A stretch of DNA of 64,000 nt, from contig NC_092673.1 in the NCBI RefSeq assembly GCF_964355755.1, forward strand, positions 9,672,001 through 9,736,000, in the 5' to 3' direction. Source of the DNA: Antedon mediterranea. Its lineage: Eukaryota > Animalia > Echinodermata. Within the stretch, counting starts at the first letter, position 1. The number at the start of each line of letters is the position of its first letter. This document shows, in pieces, positions 49,632 to 62,990 of this stretch. Below the pieces are notes generated by a model, which was not told the origin of the DNA, searched no databases, and saw only the letters and a program-made list of their open reading frames with translations. A program made the position numbers and the translations under genes.

Positions 49632-50090
49632 CTCATGCATCGTTCTAAATTTTCGGACCCATATAAGTGGAGTTTTTAAAGCTGCTGATTAAAACATTGC
49701 AAACTTCAGAACATATTTCACTGTAAATTTTGCTTATAACGCTTCGGGACGCAGCATAAGTTCTCTGGTTTTCTCTTCTTATAAAAGCTGGTGCGCTTTT
49801 CTTTGATGCATACATGAGAAATAAAATAGTTCTTAGCTGGGATGATATTTCTGGCACATCTAGTTCAGTTTTGTCACTAAACGAAAACGTTTGGTAAAGG
49901 CTTTCCTTAGTGTGCCAAGCTTGTGATGGCCATGAGTAGCCTACCATAGGCCTATGTTTTTCGTTTGTAAACGATAACTAAAGTTTTAATAATTTTGGAA
50001 GTATTCTCCAAAAGTTCTTTTTGATACATTCTCTTCATTACCCACTTTTCCAATACAGGTGCGTTGGAAAGTCCTTCTTCGTCAGGTTCG
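49632..50090 (-). pseudogene. Possible decayed transposase split by the 44494-49631 insertion (continues at ~44400-44493)
   Basis: Rejoined minus-strand flanks read ..AALKTPLIW.. then (frame change) MRNIVRKVKALNDEITERNGK. This resembles the VVNDxAERGVK-type motif I recall from some DNA transposases. Weak. Confidence 0.3.
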
Positions 50091-51783
50091 TGCGTTTACG
50101 GTACACATAACATAACATGTACGCAACCTAACGTAACCGCGCCTATATCTATATATAAATTTACGTAAGGGCAAAATTCGGTAAATCGCGCCTTACTTCT
50201 AGAATTTTCACTCGATGGTATGTAAAGTTGGTTCGTACTTTCGGTACTGATTTTAACCGCCTGATGTAACCCTGTTTACTAATTAAATTGAGTTAGATAA
50301 TTAGTTATTGACGATTAAAACGAATTTAGGTTCAACGATTTGCCCCAATTAGGGGTGTTTTCCGATCGTGGTATACACTGTCTAATGGATGTCCATCTTG
50401 AAAAATACCCGCCAAAAAAATGCGAGGAGGCTTCGCATTTTTCTATCTCCTCCTACGATAATTGTTTTTAATAGCTGAAAACCGGTTGAACAGCTAGAGT
50501 ACACCATCATAATGTTGAAGACAGGCCGATTTTCTTTAAAAAATACTATTTTGATAGATTTAATATACGATTATAAAATGTATTGATTTGCGATGAATGG
50601 AACATCCCAATCTCTCAGTCTGCCAGAGTTTGGTTTAACACAAGTACTGTAGGTAAATTTATGAGCCCTTGGTTTAACACATACGGTAGGTAAATATATG
50701 GGCCCTTTGAGAATAAACTTGCAATAGGTTCGGAAAATGTTAAAAACCAATTTATATTATTTGAATCGGTAAACAGTTTCCATTTATTATACATTGATAA
50801 TGAAACATGAAATATTCCTATTTATGTCCCTCGAGGTTCATTACAATTTATATTTAGTAGTCCCACGGACTTCATCTTAGCCACTCCCCCGAGTGCTAAG
50901 GCCAAATTTATGATACCCTACTTTCTATGTAAGTTTAGTTACAGTTAGTTCTTGACGATAATACAACGAATTTAGGTTACACCCTTCGGCCGCGAAAACG
51001 TTTCTGTACAAATATGATACCGATTGGCTTTATTTCATTCAACAGCGACCATAATCTCGCCAATTACAGGATAGATAAACTATTTGATTATTGATGTGCT
51101 TATAAATTAAGACTCATGTAAACAGCTTGATTACATCATTTTACAGACAAACGAAACTTTTTTAAACCTACTGTTTCAATAACTGAGTATAATACTGTAT
51201 ACGTTTTCATAAGTAAGTGCATATACATTTTCGTGTTTTCATTGACGAGATTGTAATAGTAACTTCAGTAACTATTACAGTACTTATTTATTATACGACA
51301 CAAGACAATTGTATCTGACAGGTACGTACATTATTCTAAAAAATAAAATAAGTCTAGATAGATCCCTTAGGTGTCATAAATCACAGGCCAACAAATCAGT
51401 ACTCATGACAGAAATTCGACCCAGTTTGGTTCACACAAATGTTTACAGGAATTTCAACCACCACAACCGATGATTTGCCCTAAATATTTAGGTAGACTAC
51501 AGTTTAATTTTTCACTGAATAGGAGCTTGAATTTCCGATTTCCATTTCGCAGAATGTCTAGGTCTATTATTTAGTTTGGTTCTTATAATATATAAATACA
51601 ATCAACTTTATTACTGCGGTTCCATCACCACCACCACGTGCCGCCCAATTCCCCGGTACATACATTTCCATTTCTCCCTAATTTCTTTAGTCCACATAAA
51701 TTAATTGTCCTTTATGGAATCCAGTATTGGTTTTGTTGTCTCTATTCTATTCTACTGTATTCGAGAACCATCTGTGAGCACCC

Positions 51784-51822
51784 CTAGATGGTACGCGAGC
51801 GAAGCGAGCGTGCCATCTAGTT
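51784..51822. repeat. Small hairpin, probable HINE/Helentron terminal remnant
   Basis: CTAGATGGTACGC-GAGCGAAGCGA-GCGTGCCATCTAG-TT. Confidence 0.5.
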
Positions 51823-51869
51823 ATAAATAATTTGTCTTAAAACGGCACGCATACACGTACACTGTAGCA

Positions 51870-53620
51870 ATTGTTGAATACATAAAATTGTGTCAAAATC
51901 TGATCTTACCTAAAAAGAAAATTAGAATATTTAATAATAATAAGCCTAAAAAGATGTAAGAAAGGAATTACTTAAGAAATATATTGCATCCAAAAACAAA
52001 TGCGAGATAGAAAAAGAAAAAGATTAAAAAATGTGTAAATAAGAAAATCAAAGCATGTAAAAAAGAATATAGAGAAAAATTGAGAACAAATTCAAGTGCC
52101 GGGATACCCGTCAGGCCTGGAATGGAGTTAGGAAAATTACGGGTATGGGGAAGAAACATAATGAAATTGAACACAGGTTTTAACCAAATGATTTAAATAT
52201 TTTTTATTCTAGATTTGATTAATAAATTTTAAATGTGAAATGACTGCATCTGCTGAAGGGTTTAAAAATGAAATGAATTATAAAAGTGCAATAAAAATTG
52301 ATGTAGATGATGTTAAGAAATATATAGAAAGGGTAGATAGTAAAGCAAAGGGTCCGGAAGGTGTATCAGGGCGTTTGATTAGATCATGTGCCTCTCAGCT
52401 TTCACCAATAATAAGCCAGCTTTTCCAGTGTTCACTGAGCACGGGGGTGGTACCTGATCTATGGAAGGTCTCTGAGATAATAGGCTACCTGTTCCGAAAA
52501 TGTGTAACCCTACAAATCATTAATGACTTCAGACCAGTGGCATTAACATCTATTCTAATGAAGATTCTTGAGAAGATTGTTAGAAGTCAACTAATATCTG
52601 AATGTAGTGATTTTATGGATAATAACCAATTTGCATATCAATGTAACAGAGGGGTCGATGGTGCTATTATAACCTTGTTAGACCTGGTGGTTTCAAATTT
52701 AGATAAGAAGGGGTACTATGCTCGAGGGGCTATTCATAGACTTTTCATCTGCATTTAATTTGATGCAGCCTCATATTCTGATGTATAAAATGCCTGAATG
52801 GAAGGTGAATCCTTACCTTGCTCTATGGGTTGGTGATTTTCTTACAAATCGGCTACAGTATGCTAAAGTTGGTAAATCTATCTCAGAGATGAGAAGGATC
52901 AACACTGGCGCACCCCAGGGGTGTTGTTTGTCACCAAGTTTATTTACAATATATACTAGTGAATCGATCTTCATGTAGCATGTGTCATATAATTAAATAC
53001 GCAGATGACATGGTACTGATTGGTCTATTGAAAAATACTGACGATCATGTGTATAAGGCTGAATATGTTAAATTAATGTCATGGTGCAATGACAATTACC
53101 TTAAGATTAATTTTAGTAAAACTAAAGAAATTATATGGGATTTTAGGAAAAAGAAAAATGACCAAATATTTCGGTACACATTTGATGATCAACTTAGCTT
53201 TGAAAAAAATACGGCCGAGATAATTAAGAAAGGTCACCAAAGGTTATATTTCCTCAGAAAGCTAAATAAAATTAATGTTAGCTGTTGTACTTTGAAATTA
53301 TTCTATGAAACAGTTATTCAATCAAGACTAGTTATCTCTTTTATTGCTTGGTTCGGTAATTTAAATGAAACACACAAGAATGGTCTCATTAGAATTACTA
53401 AGATAGCATCAAATATAATTGTTTGTACGGTTAATGATTTAAAATATCTTTATGAAAAACAGGTCCTAAGTAAATTAAGTAAAATTTTAGAAGATAAGGA
53501 ACATCCATTACATATGAGATTTTATAAAAACAAGTCAGGCCGGCTACGGGCCCCTAGAGCTGATACGTCAAGAAACCGATTGTCTTTTGTACCAAATTCA
53601 ACTCATATTTTAAACTATTC
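51870..53620 (+). mobile_element. Rex1/Babar-like LINE RT fragment, frameshifted
   Basis: KAKGPEGV..NDFRPVALTSILMKILEK..QFAY..LFIDFSSAFN..TGAPQGCCLSPSLFTIYT..IIKYADD..QRLYFLRKL..HPLH across three ORFs. Confidence 0.85.
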
Positions 53621-54056
53621 CATGCAGTATCAAATCTCTTGCTTTTTTTCTAGAAAAAATAACAGCGAATTTATCAACACTTTTGTTTTTGTTCATTTTA
53701 AGTGAAATGTCATGGTTTCTCCCAGTTTCCATGGTTACAAGACACTATTAAAATTTACCAAATATAAAATTATTAGTGGAAGGCTAGATTGCAAACAGCC
53801 TCCAATGTTATCGCAGTTAAAAACGTTATTCTTCATTAAAAGGAACCAACAAGATGGCGGCTGCAATCGACCAATCAGATATGCCCTACGCAGTACGCAC
53901 TACTACTACGCCGCGCCTGTGTATGTTGAGCCTGTCACGTCTGCGTGAGAACTATACGCGTGTTATAATCAGGTTAAAAGATGTCATATAATAGGGTCAC
54001 GTGTGCAATTTGTGATGAAAGTTAGCAACTTGTCTAACGTTGTAACCCCGTCTTAT

Positions 54057-54563
54057 ATGGGCCTTTACAAGATAGCGGCCAAAATATTTAAGTAGCTTAT
54101 ATCTTCGTAATAGTTGGTGTTAAAGGTTTCATTTTAGTGTTAATTAATTTACAACATATATATTTATATTCACTCTAATACAACATTTTGTACAAAAATG
54201 GCTGCAACTACCATTTCTGGCTTTTCATCAAACATCAGACTCTTTCAATCCCCATATTTAAGCAGCTTTTAAAACTCACCTCTTCGACAAACATTTCCAT
54301 TCTTTATAGTGAATTACATGGAAAACCTGTAAACTTTGCATTAAACTGTTTCTCTCTCAAATTATTAGTTACAGATCTATAAGAAGAAAAGGTCAAAGGT
54401 CAAAATGCCAGAAATGGTAGTTTTGACAAAATGTTGTATTAGAATGAATATAAATATATATATATTTATGAATTATTTGACACTAAAATGAAACCTGTAA
54501 CACCAGCCATTACGAAGATATAAGCTATTTGAATATTTTGGCCGCCATCTTGTAAAGGCCCAT
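54057..54563. mobile_element. Foldback fragment with ~160-bp inverted arms
   Basis: GGGCCTTTACAAGATAGCGGCCAAAATATT...CTACCATTTCTGGC is mirrored at ~54405-54563. The AAGGTCAAAGGTCA motif is shared with the Academ-like arms. Confidence 0.65.
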
Positions 54564-54644
54564 AAAAGTTTAAAGTTTTGAACATTTCTGTCCACCTAGG
54601 CAGCATTTGCCAGTTCTTATGCTATGACTTTATCCAAATTCCTT

Positions 54645-54770
54645 CACTTGCATTGATGAAGGGCTAGTGTTGCCCGAAAGCTCGTTTTGATTTAGCTTTT
54701 CGCTTTTTTTATATATCCGAGATCCAGCCACTGATACCCACAGCATTTTTTTTCAGTAATCCCTTGGATT
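54645..54770 (+). mobile_element. Penelope-like terminal remnant with minimal hammerhead-like motif
   Basis: TTGATGAA-GGGC-TAGTGTT-GCCC-GAAAGCTC matches the PLE minimal type-I hammerhead layout (palindromic AGCT stem III). Stem I is not supported. Confidence 0.45.
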
Positions 54771-56329
54771 TATATAATTAATGCTACTAAATTTTTCGCG
54801 AATTACGTATCTCCCTCCAAAACCACTGTACGTGCTAACATTTGGCACACTGATGTTCATTGATGGGTCGCACAAGATAGGCTATGTTACTGTCTTAAAT
54901 TTAAGGATTAACACAAACAAATGCAAAAAATAGCAGTAATTTGACCATGTTACGTCACTATATAAACTACGCAACCTCCTCTGTTGTGTACCTCCATGGC
55001 CAGATCTACAAATACCATACCGGTCCGCTATAAAACACTCTTTTAGTCAACCGTATCGAATGATCGCGTCATTGTTTTAATTAAGTACACCTATTCTTTG
55101 AACAGAATGATTTTCTTAAATCACGGTGAGTAAAACGCCATGGCCATTGATATCAATGCTTAGTATACGTTCGAGTTCGAATCCGCGACATGTGTAATTA
55201 TTAAGTATCACTGCTTAAGGTCACAAAATTAGCAAACGGATACGAAACCTCATACACAAAAAATTGCAAAATATAAAAAACCATGAAACGAAATAAAATA
55301 ACAAATAACACGAATACAAATGGGTGTCGTGCTTCCACAAAAAATCAACGAAAAATACACTCACAATTGAAAAGTTTGTGTCCGAGCGCATCATTTCATT
55401 TCGAGATGTGTACTTTTTTTGTCCGTAAGAAGCTGTAGTTTTATTATTCTATAACTTAATTCATATTTTATCATTAAAATGGTTTAATCTGCCGACTGAT
55501 TGACGTACTTTAACGTGCACCTCTCATGCACGTTGTCACTTTCATATCCCATATCTAGTAGAGCATATTGCGCGTTTACACTATTTAATCATCATTATTA
55601 AGGCAGACAAGTTACGGGTTACTACTAAAATAGACCACAATTTAATTACAGAAGTAGCAAATAGCTAACAAATCTCCCACAAAAATCGCAAAATATCAAA
55701 ACCATTGAAATAAAAATAAAATGTAAATAAATTAATAAAAATGAACACACACAAACAAAACGATTTCAAATGGTTTTATATAATTATTGTTGAACACGAA
55801 AAAACTTTTGTTTGCGATGATGTTTGCGTGCATCATCTAATTCACACAGCACTCACACTCACCATTTTCCTTTAATTACCGTCTTTTATTTTCGCAAAGT
55901 TTGAACAGTCAAAAGTATCCAGTATTGCTTTCATTCAAGTGAATGAATAGTGTATAACAAAATCAATGGCCGTTAATACAGTAGTTCCGAATTTTATTCT
56001 TGATACAATCTGTTTTTATTTTAATAATTTGTCAAAGTAGGCCTACTTTTATCAGAGTGCGCTTTTATTATTATATATATATTGGCTTTATTGATATCAT
56101 CATTATAATGTTATGAAGTTGTATTATTAAATACCATATTATTAACAACGTTTAACAACCAAATATCATGTATTCCTATTTTTTTTTAACGAAACTTTTG
56201 ATCCTTTTTGTCTTGAGCTATATCCTTTAACACCCCGTTCCCTAGACCTGAAGGAATTTTTTTTTTCCTTGACATCAATTTTTTATTTTTCAACTTGAAT
56301 TGTTTTTTTATTGCTATCCTTTTGTATCT

Positions 56330-57830
56330 TGTATTGTACTATCATGTCTCATAACCACTGTGGTTCAGACTACAACACATCAAATTCCGACCGATTGTCC
56401 AGTTTATTGTTTTCTCCATCTTCAATCAACCCAGATAACTTTACCTCCAATATTGACCATGATTCACATTTTTTTTCAAATAGCAACATGAGCACCTCCC
56501 AATATGACGATCCTAATGAATTTTCTGTTAATACCACAAGCGAATGTTTCTCTACTATCCATTTTGATTCAAGGACCATTTTAAAACATTTTGACGACAT
56601 GAAACAGCTTTTAACATTACTTAATTTACCATTCGATGTAATTAGCGTAAGCGAAACATGGCGATAATCCCTTGGTTCAACTCCCCAACTACCACTTTGT
56701 CTCTAATCACCGAACTCATAAAGACGGCGGTGGGGTTGCCATGTATATTCGTGATGGTCTCCAATTTGCTACAAGACATGATCTTCATCTTCATCCCTCT
56801 ATTTGTGAATCAATTTTTATTGAGATTAATAGACCTACTAACTTTAAAAACATTGTCATTGGTACAGTAAATAGATCACCATCCCTTGACCCTCTTCAAT
56901 TTACAAACGAACTTGAATCTTAACTATCAATAGAAAACAAAATTGTGTACATTCTCGGAGACTTCAATATTGATATCCTTAAATATGATACTTTGTTAAT
57001 TCCTACCTTCCCTGCATTCACAGACCATTTCGTATTACCAAAATTACAGCTACCCTGTCAGACAATATCATAATCAATCAAATTGACTTTCTAAACTTGA
57101 GTGGACTACTTTACACTGGCATCTCTGACCATCTCCCAGTGTTTAATATTTCATTTTTATCCAATGTTACTACTAGCTCAGACAGGGAAGATAAATCGGC
57201 ATTTAGAAATATTAACCCCACTACATTAGAACACTTCCGTCAAGAAGTGTCCACTCAACAGTGGACCAATGTATTTTATAACCAGGACCCCGATATAGCA
57301 TACAATTACTTTTAAAACACACTAAAGTCCCTTTACGACAAAAACTTCCCCCTTTAATACAACACTAAAAAAGACAACAAAATAAAATTATGGATGTCTG
57401 ACGGCTTACTCAAATCTATAAAAAAATAAGCAGAAATTATATGCCAAATTTCTTCACCACCCGACTCCCGTAAATGAAAAAGCTTATAAACTATACCGCA
57501 ATAAATTGAACTCTGTAATCAAAATTTCTAAAGCTAATTACTTCTAAAATATATTTCACAAACATAAAAATGATATCAAGGCAACTTGGAAGACCATTAA
57601 TTCTCTGATTAACAAAAACAACAACAATCAACAATCCAATACTCCCTTTAACTGCGATGGCGAATTGACCGAAGATCAGAAGAAACTTTCTAATGCGTTT
57701 AATAAATACTTTGTCGTAGTTCACCCTTGCTAATCAAATTCCCCGTGTAAACAAATCATTCAAAGAATTTTTACCAAATCCAAATTCAATATTTCTTAAC
57801 CCAGTTTTATTTACTGATACTACAAACTGA
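56330..57830 (+). mobile_element. Crack/Daphne-like (L2-group) LINE fragment, APE region, heavily decayed
   Basis: PFDVISVSETW..LPNYHFVSNHRTHKDGGGVAMYI..ESIFIEI..NIVIGTVNRSP..LGDFNIDILKY..SGLLYTGISDHLPVF. Confidence 0.8.
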
Positions 57831-58276
57831 GTGATCTTTTTTTCCCCTGTGTGTGCGTTTTTTTTGTCTTGCTTGTTTCTCTTAATTCCCACTCTTATAC
57901 ACATATCCATTATATTTGCATGGGAATACCCAGCACAAGATCCCCAGATCTTCTCGGTATTATGCCTTCCTCCATAGCCTATTTTCTCTTTTCTTTTGTC
58001 CATCCAACAATCATCTTAATTATTTTACCTTATCATTTCTGTATACTATTTTGTATTTTATTGCTATGGAGGAAAATAAATGTCTTTTGGAATGAAATGA
58101 AATATTGTAGGTCATTCCACAGTATTTTTTTTGTTACGGACGGGAAATTTTAGAGAATATAACTAGATATATAAAAAAAGAATAGGCCTACAAGATTCAA
58201 AGTAGAATAAATGTATACATAATATGGCCAATGTAATTATGAAAGTCAAAAAAAAGAAAAAAGACTGTACACAATT

Positions 58277-59034
58277 GTTTTTAGTCGCGAGGAAGCGACT
58301 CTATAGTTCACTATGTCGGTCGGTTGGTCGGTCTGTCTGTCTGTCTGTCGGTCTGTCTGTCGGTCTGTCTGTCTGTCGGTCTGTTGGTCCGGTATCACTA
58401 TGCGTTTTATCGCTTTCTGACCTTATCTTGATATCAGTTTAATCTAGCTAAGTCAATTTTTCACAGTATATTCCTTATGGCCAGGAATCGATGTGGTTAT
58501 GTTTTCACGGTGCGCAATAAAAAATTACGCGGTCTACGCACGATTTAACGAAATCACGTTTGTAATCATAACTTCACAACCATGAATCACAATTAAACAA
58601 AATTTGGTACTCATAAGTTTCAGGGCATAAATCATCATATGGCAATACAATTACGTGCGTAGCGCATGTAACGCATGTGTACGCGCGCTTAAAATTTTCA
58701 AAATTTATTTTCGATGAAAATTTCAGGCAATTTTAAGCGTTTACAAAAATTGCCATGGGTGCGCAGATTTTTGCTCAAATTCTTGCTTAAATGTTATCTC
58801 GCACTCTTTTTGCCCGATTTCTGTTTTCTTGACTTACTTTTCAACTCGAAATTACCTTATACGAGCGCGTCAAAAGTGACAGGCTACGCACGTGTAAATT
58901 AAAAAAATATAAATGTTTTTAAACATTTCAACATTTTTAAACATGTTCAGTAATTTCGGTCAGTTGGTAGGTTGGTCGGTCTGTCGGTAAACACTAATGA
59001 GCATGCGACTGCAGCCATCTATATGGCCTTGTTT
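58277..59034 (+). mobile_element. DINE-1/HINE-like Helentron non-autonomous element with (GTCT/GTCG)n microsatellite
   Basis: The 5' end is TTTTTAGTCGCGAGGAAGCGACT, followed by a tetranucleotide tract (58315-58390). The 3' end has the subTIR GCGACT, the hairpin GCCAT-CTAT-ATGGC and CTTGTTT. Confidence 0.8.
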
Positions 59035-59039
59035 AATTG

Positions 59040-60810
59040 ACATTTACTTCCTAACAGGAGTTCTTTGAACGAGCTACTGCTGTTATCAAGCTTTTTAAAT
59101 ATATTGTCAATTTTTTCCACAGTATTTGATTACGTCTACAATAATAAAACATTTGTTACATATGTTATTATATTTCAGTTTTCAGTTATACAGTTTTAGA
59201 TTTGTAGGTACAATTCTATTTAGTAATTTGTAATTCAATTGGGCAAATTTCTTAGTTTTTTCGTTTTTTACTTTTCTTTTCCAGACATCACACCACTTGA
59301 TATCTTCGTTAAATACGTTATTCCATTTAAATATGCTTTTCGGGGGAATAAAAACATTATTAAGTTAGAATAAACATCTTTTGTTGTCATCTTAATTATA
59401 TTGTTGATATTGTATTCCAGATTCACATTCATATATTGGTTCATATTTAGCATATTATGTTTAATTATACTTAACCACTCTTTTGGAATAGCGCTATAGT
59501 TAAAGAAACATATTCAGCTATCCAGTTTTTCTTAATACGTAGTTGTTTAATTATTTCTATAGGTTTCATTAGACGATTGAAAATAATTATATCTCCAATC
59601 TGATTAAAACCTGTATCTATCCAGTTCTTAAAGAATAGTGGTTTGTTTCTATATTTAATATAATTATTATCCCATAAGTTTTGCTTTATCACTTCTTCAT
59701 ACTTGTTAATTGTACCTTCATTATTCATATTATTAAATTCAACACAACACTTTAGAACATTATAATAAAAAGATGGTATATTATCTAAGCCCATGTTATT
59801 TTTAAAATGGATATTTGACATACTTAAAATTAGTTGTTCGTTTCCAAATTTGTTAAAATAGTATAGTGGTAAGATTTTCCATCTTACGTGTTTTCTACAC
59901 AGTAATTTTCTTGCCCATATAATTTTCAGAGAGTTTATGTGTAATGCGAAATCAGGCATACCTATGTCCCCTTTAATCATTTTACCGATTAAAGTCTTTC
60001 TTTTTATTTTTTCTGTTTTTCGATTCCATAAAAAGTTAAATATCAATTTATTTATTTTAAAAATAACATCATCTGGTACATCAATTATACATTCATTGTA
60101 TGTTAGTTTAGACAAAGATAAACTTTTTTAAATGGTAACTTTGCCAAAAAAGGTTAGGGTTCTTCCTTTCCATCTATTGAGTAGCATTTCTAAGTTTGCC
60201 ACCTTACTATCCCAATTTAATTCACTGCATTTGTTCTCATTATATCCCACATAAATACCCAAAATATTAATTGGTTCATTAACCCAATTTAGACTGCATG
60301 GTTTTTCGATTTTGTTTATATATTTGCCAATCCATATAGCGTTGGTTTAAAAAAAATTTAAATTCATACCAGACGCTTTACCAAACGTATTAACAATATT
60401 TAAACCAATCTCTATACTTTTTTCATTTCCCACAAAGAGCACAGTGTCATCTGCCAGATGCGCAATGCGAACTTCCTCACCATTGTCATTGTTAAGTAAA
60501 GATATTCCTTTATAGCATTTATCTTTTCTTATATTACACGTCATAATTTCTCTACTAAAATAAAGACTAACGCCGACAATGGGCAACCCTGTCTTATTCC
60601 GCATTCCATTTCAAAACTTTCTGAAATCCAACCATTATTAACATTAAGTTTTACTATAAATTGTATTTACCCATTTTAAAAAGGAGTCTCCAAAATTAAA
60701 TTTTTTTATTACCTTAAACATAAAATCTTATATTTACAGAATCAAAGGCTTTTCTAAAATCAAGGGATAGAATATCTCCTTCGATTTGTTCTTCTGTTGT
60801 ATAATACAGA
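59040..60810 (-). mobile_element. L1/Tx1-clade LINE ORF2 fragment, decayed
   Basis: DFRKAFDSV..FNFGDSFLKWVNTI..RQGCPLS..HLADDTVLFV..LGIYVG..WKGRTLTFFGKVTI..FNFLWNRKTEKIKRKTL..NLWDNNYIKY. Confidence 0.85.
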
Positions 60811-60886
60811 ATAAATAAACTTCATGCATAAATTATTCATGAGCACCGTCCTATAGCTTCCCGTCGTGTTTCGTAAAGTTCCTATT

Positions 60887-61010
60887 TAGACAAGGTGCCA
60901 ACTTTCATCACAAACTGCACACGGAATACCTCGTTCAACGCATATCTGCGTGAGAACGACAGGTCATTGAAATTATACCAATAATCCAGGTAAAAGAATA
61001 ACATGTTATT
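60887..61010. mobile_element. Solo TAG-starting terminus (Academ-like); opposite-type solo end at ~53940-54036
   Basis: TAGACAAGGTGCCAACTTTCATCACAAACTGCACAC versus GTGTGCAATTTGTGATGAAAGTTAGCAACTTGTCTA. The ends face outward, so they are separate copies. Confidence 0.5.
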
Positions 61011-61321
61011 AAAATTGCGCAAAAATTTCTTGCGCAAATTCAAATGCGCAACGGAATCTTTGCGCTATTTTAAATCACACATAACATTTACCTTCGCTTA
61101 AGGATTATACCATATTCATACCTACTTCATCTATATTATTTTCCTTTTAATTAATTTTGTTAAAGAAAATGATTTGCACAAGAAAATCCTCACAATTTAA
61201 AATTGCATAAATTGTTCAAATCGCGCATAACAGAAATACGTTTTAAATAAAATAATATAAAATCTAATGTACTATGTTCCTTATTTGTTTGTGAATTTCC
61301 TTTAAAATAAGAGGATAACTT

Positions 61322-61859
61322 TGTATTGTCCCTTTGACTAATTCCAAAAAAATAAAAAATAAAAGATTTCGAAAAAAGGTGGGTCCTTTTGAAGTATCAT
61401 AATAGTTATTAACTATCACCAAAAATTTTTCGAAAAAAAATGTTTTAACTGAAATACAGACGTTTTTTTGTTAAAAAATAACTTTGACTGGAAGTCAAAG
61501 TTTTCAATCAAAACATATCCCATAATGAAACGCGCGTGTTTGGCTACTCTGTATGCATAATCATAAAACTTCCACGTGATCTGTGTGAAAATACCTTCTT
61601 AACCGTGACGAGTTGTAAACAATCCTAATTTAGCATAATGCATAATGCGTACTCATGGTTTGAAATCTTTGTTTACTTTCGCTCGTGACGATTTTCCAGA
61701 TGAAATGTAATCAAACTAATTTACCTGTTAATTACGTAAACTTGTTGTTTTTGGCTCAAATTTTCGACTTAAAGTGAATAACTTTAATATTACTTTGATA
61801 TGGCCACTTTAAATTTAGAATATTTTGACCTTCATTTTTTTGTGTTTCAAGGGACAATA
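61322..61859. mobile_element. Kolobok-like MITE, inverted copy of 11734-12281
   Basis: TGTATTGTCCCTTTGACTAATTCC...TTTCAAGGGACAATA; colinear reverse complement. Confidence 0.8.
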
Positions 61860-61989
61860 AGTCTCCATCTCCAGCAAGCAGCAACCACGTGTCAGTCCTG
61901 CATCCCCGGTTTTTCAAAACAGATTATTTCAGCCTGTACTACAATGAAGTACTGTATGTCACTTCCTTGCTTCTAATATTCATGCTCAC

Positions 61990-62990
61990 CCTGGTATTTT
62001 TCCAAACTACCTTAAGAACCCAATTAAGAACTCATATTTTTCTCACCTACATCTGGTAAAGAAATTATTGAAATCACTTCCAAATTTAAAAACGGAAAAA
62101 AGCTCCGGTCCTGATGACATCGATCCTAAAGTTAACAAAGATATTGCACGTTTCATTATCAAGCCCCTCTCCCATATTTTTAATCTTTCTTTGTCTTCTG
62201 GTACTTTTCCGTCATCTTGTTCTGTCAAAGGCATTCGTTACAATCGATCATACAATCCTCCTATCAAAACTCAAGTATTAAGGCATCCGAGGCATACCAC
62301 TTTCCCTTCTTACGAACTACCTGAATAGGCCTAAGAAAGCAATTTACTTCCTATAACTCCAACTTTTCTGAACTTCTTCCTGTTACATGCGGCGTTCCTC
62401 AAGGATCCATTCTGGGTCCCTTCCCTTCTTAATCTATGGTAATTACTAATCCATGCTACTCATTTTCATTTTCAAAATTTGGACCGGTGATGTGGAACGA
62501 ACTCCCGTCTGTGATCCGGGAACAAACCACGGTTTTAAAATTTAAAAAAGCCCTCAAAACATATCTATTTCCTAAGAAGTAACTCATTGTTGGGTCTGCT
62601 GATGTAAAGCGCTTTGATCATTTTACACTAATTTGGAAAAGCGCTATATAAATAAAATAATAATAATAATAATTTGTTGATGATTTCAACACTCTAACAA
62701 GAACCTTCAATAATAAATCAGCAATGTTTCAAACTCGTTCAAACTAAATAAGTTATCACTTAACATCAGTAAAACAAACTACATTCACTTCTCCACTAGC
62801 AAAAAAACTAATAACAATCCAAATGCAAATATATACACCGATCACACTCCTATTAAACATGTTGAAAGCACATCATTTCTTGGTGTTCAAATAGACAAAA
62901 AATTTAACTGGAAGCCTCATATATCTAAAATCTCTAATAATATTTCCACAACCATTCGTGTACTAATAAACTGAAATCTACATTAAATAC
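61990..62990 (+). mobile_element. Crack/L2-group LINE RT fragments, with an L2 3' tail at ~62480-62672
   Basis: LKTEKSSGPDDI..IIKPLSHIFNLSLSSGTFP..CGVPQGSILGP..FLGVQIDKKFNWKPHI. The inserted tail reads MWNELPSVIREQTTVLKFKKALKTYLF plus AAGCGCTATATAAAT(AAT)n. Confidence 0.75.

Noticed and set aside
49359-49692. ORFs with ETYNVLA / STLYVSA heptad-like repeats
   Set aside because: A by-product of 21-bp DNA repeats in a TIR arm, open on both strands.
55150-55195. GAGTTCGAATCC B-box-like motif
   Set aside because: No convincing A box or tRNA fold nearby; too little support.
56330-62990. A single Crack-like LINE split by a 4-kb nested block
   Set aside because: The two fragments appear to overlap in the pre-RT region and no TSD links them, so they are treated as separate copies.
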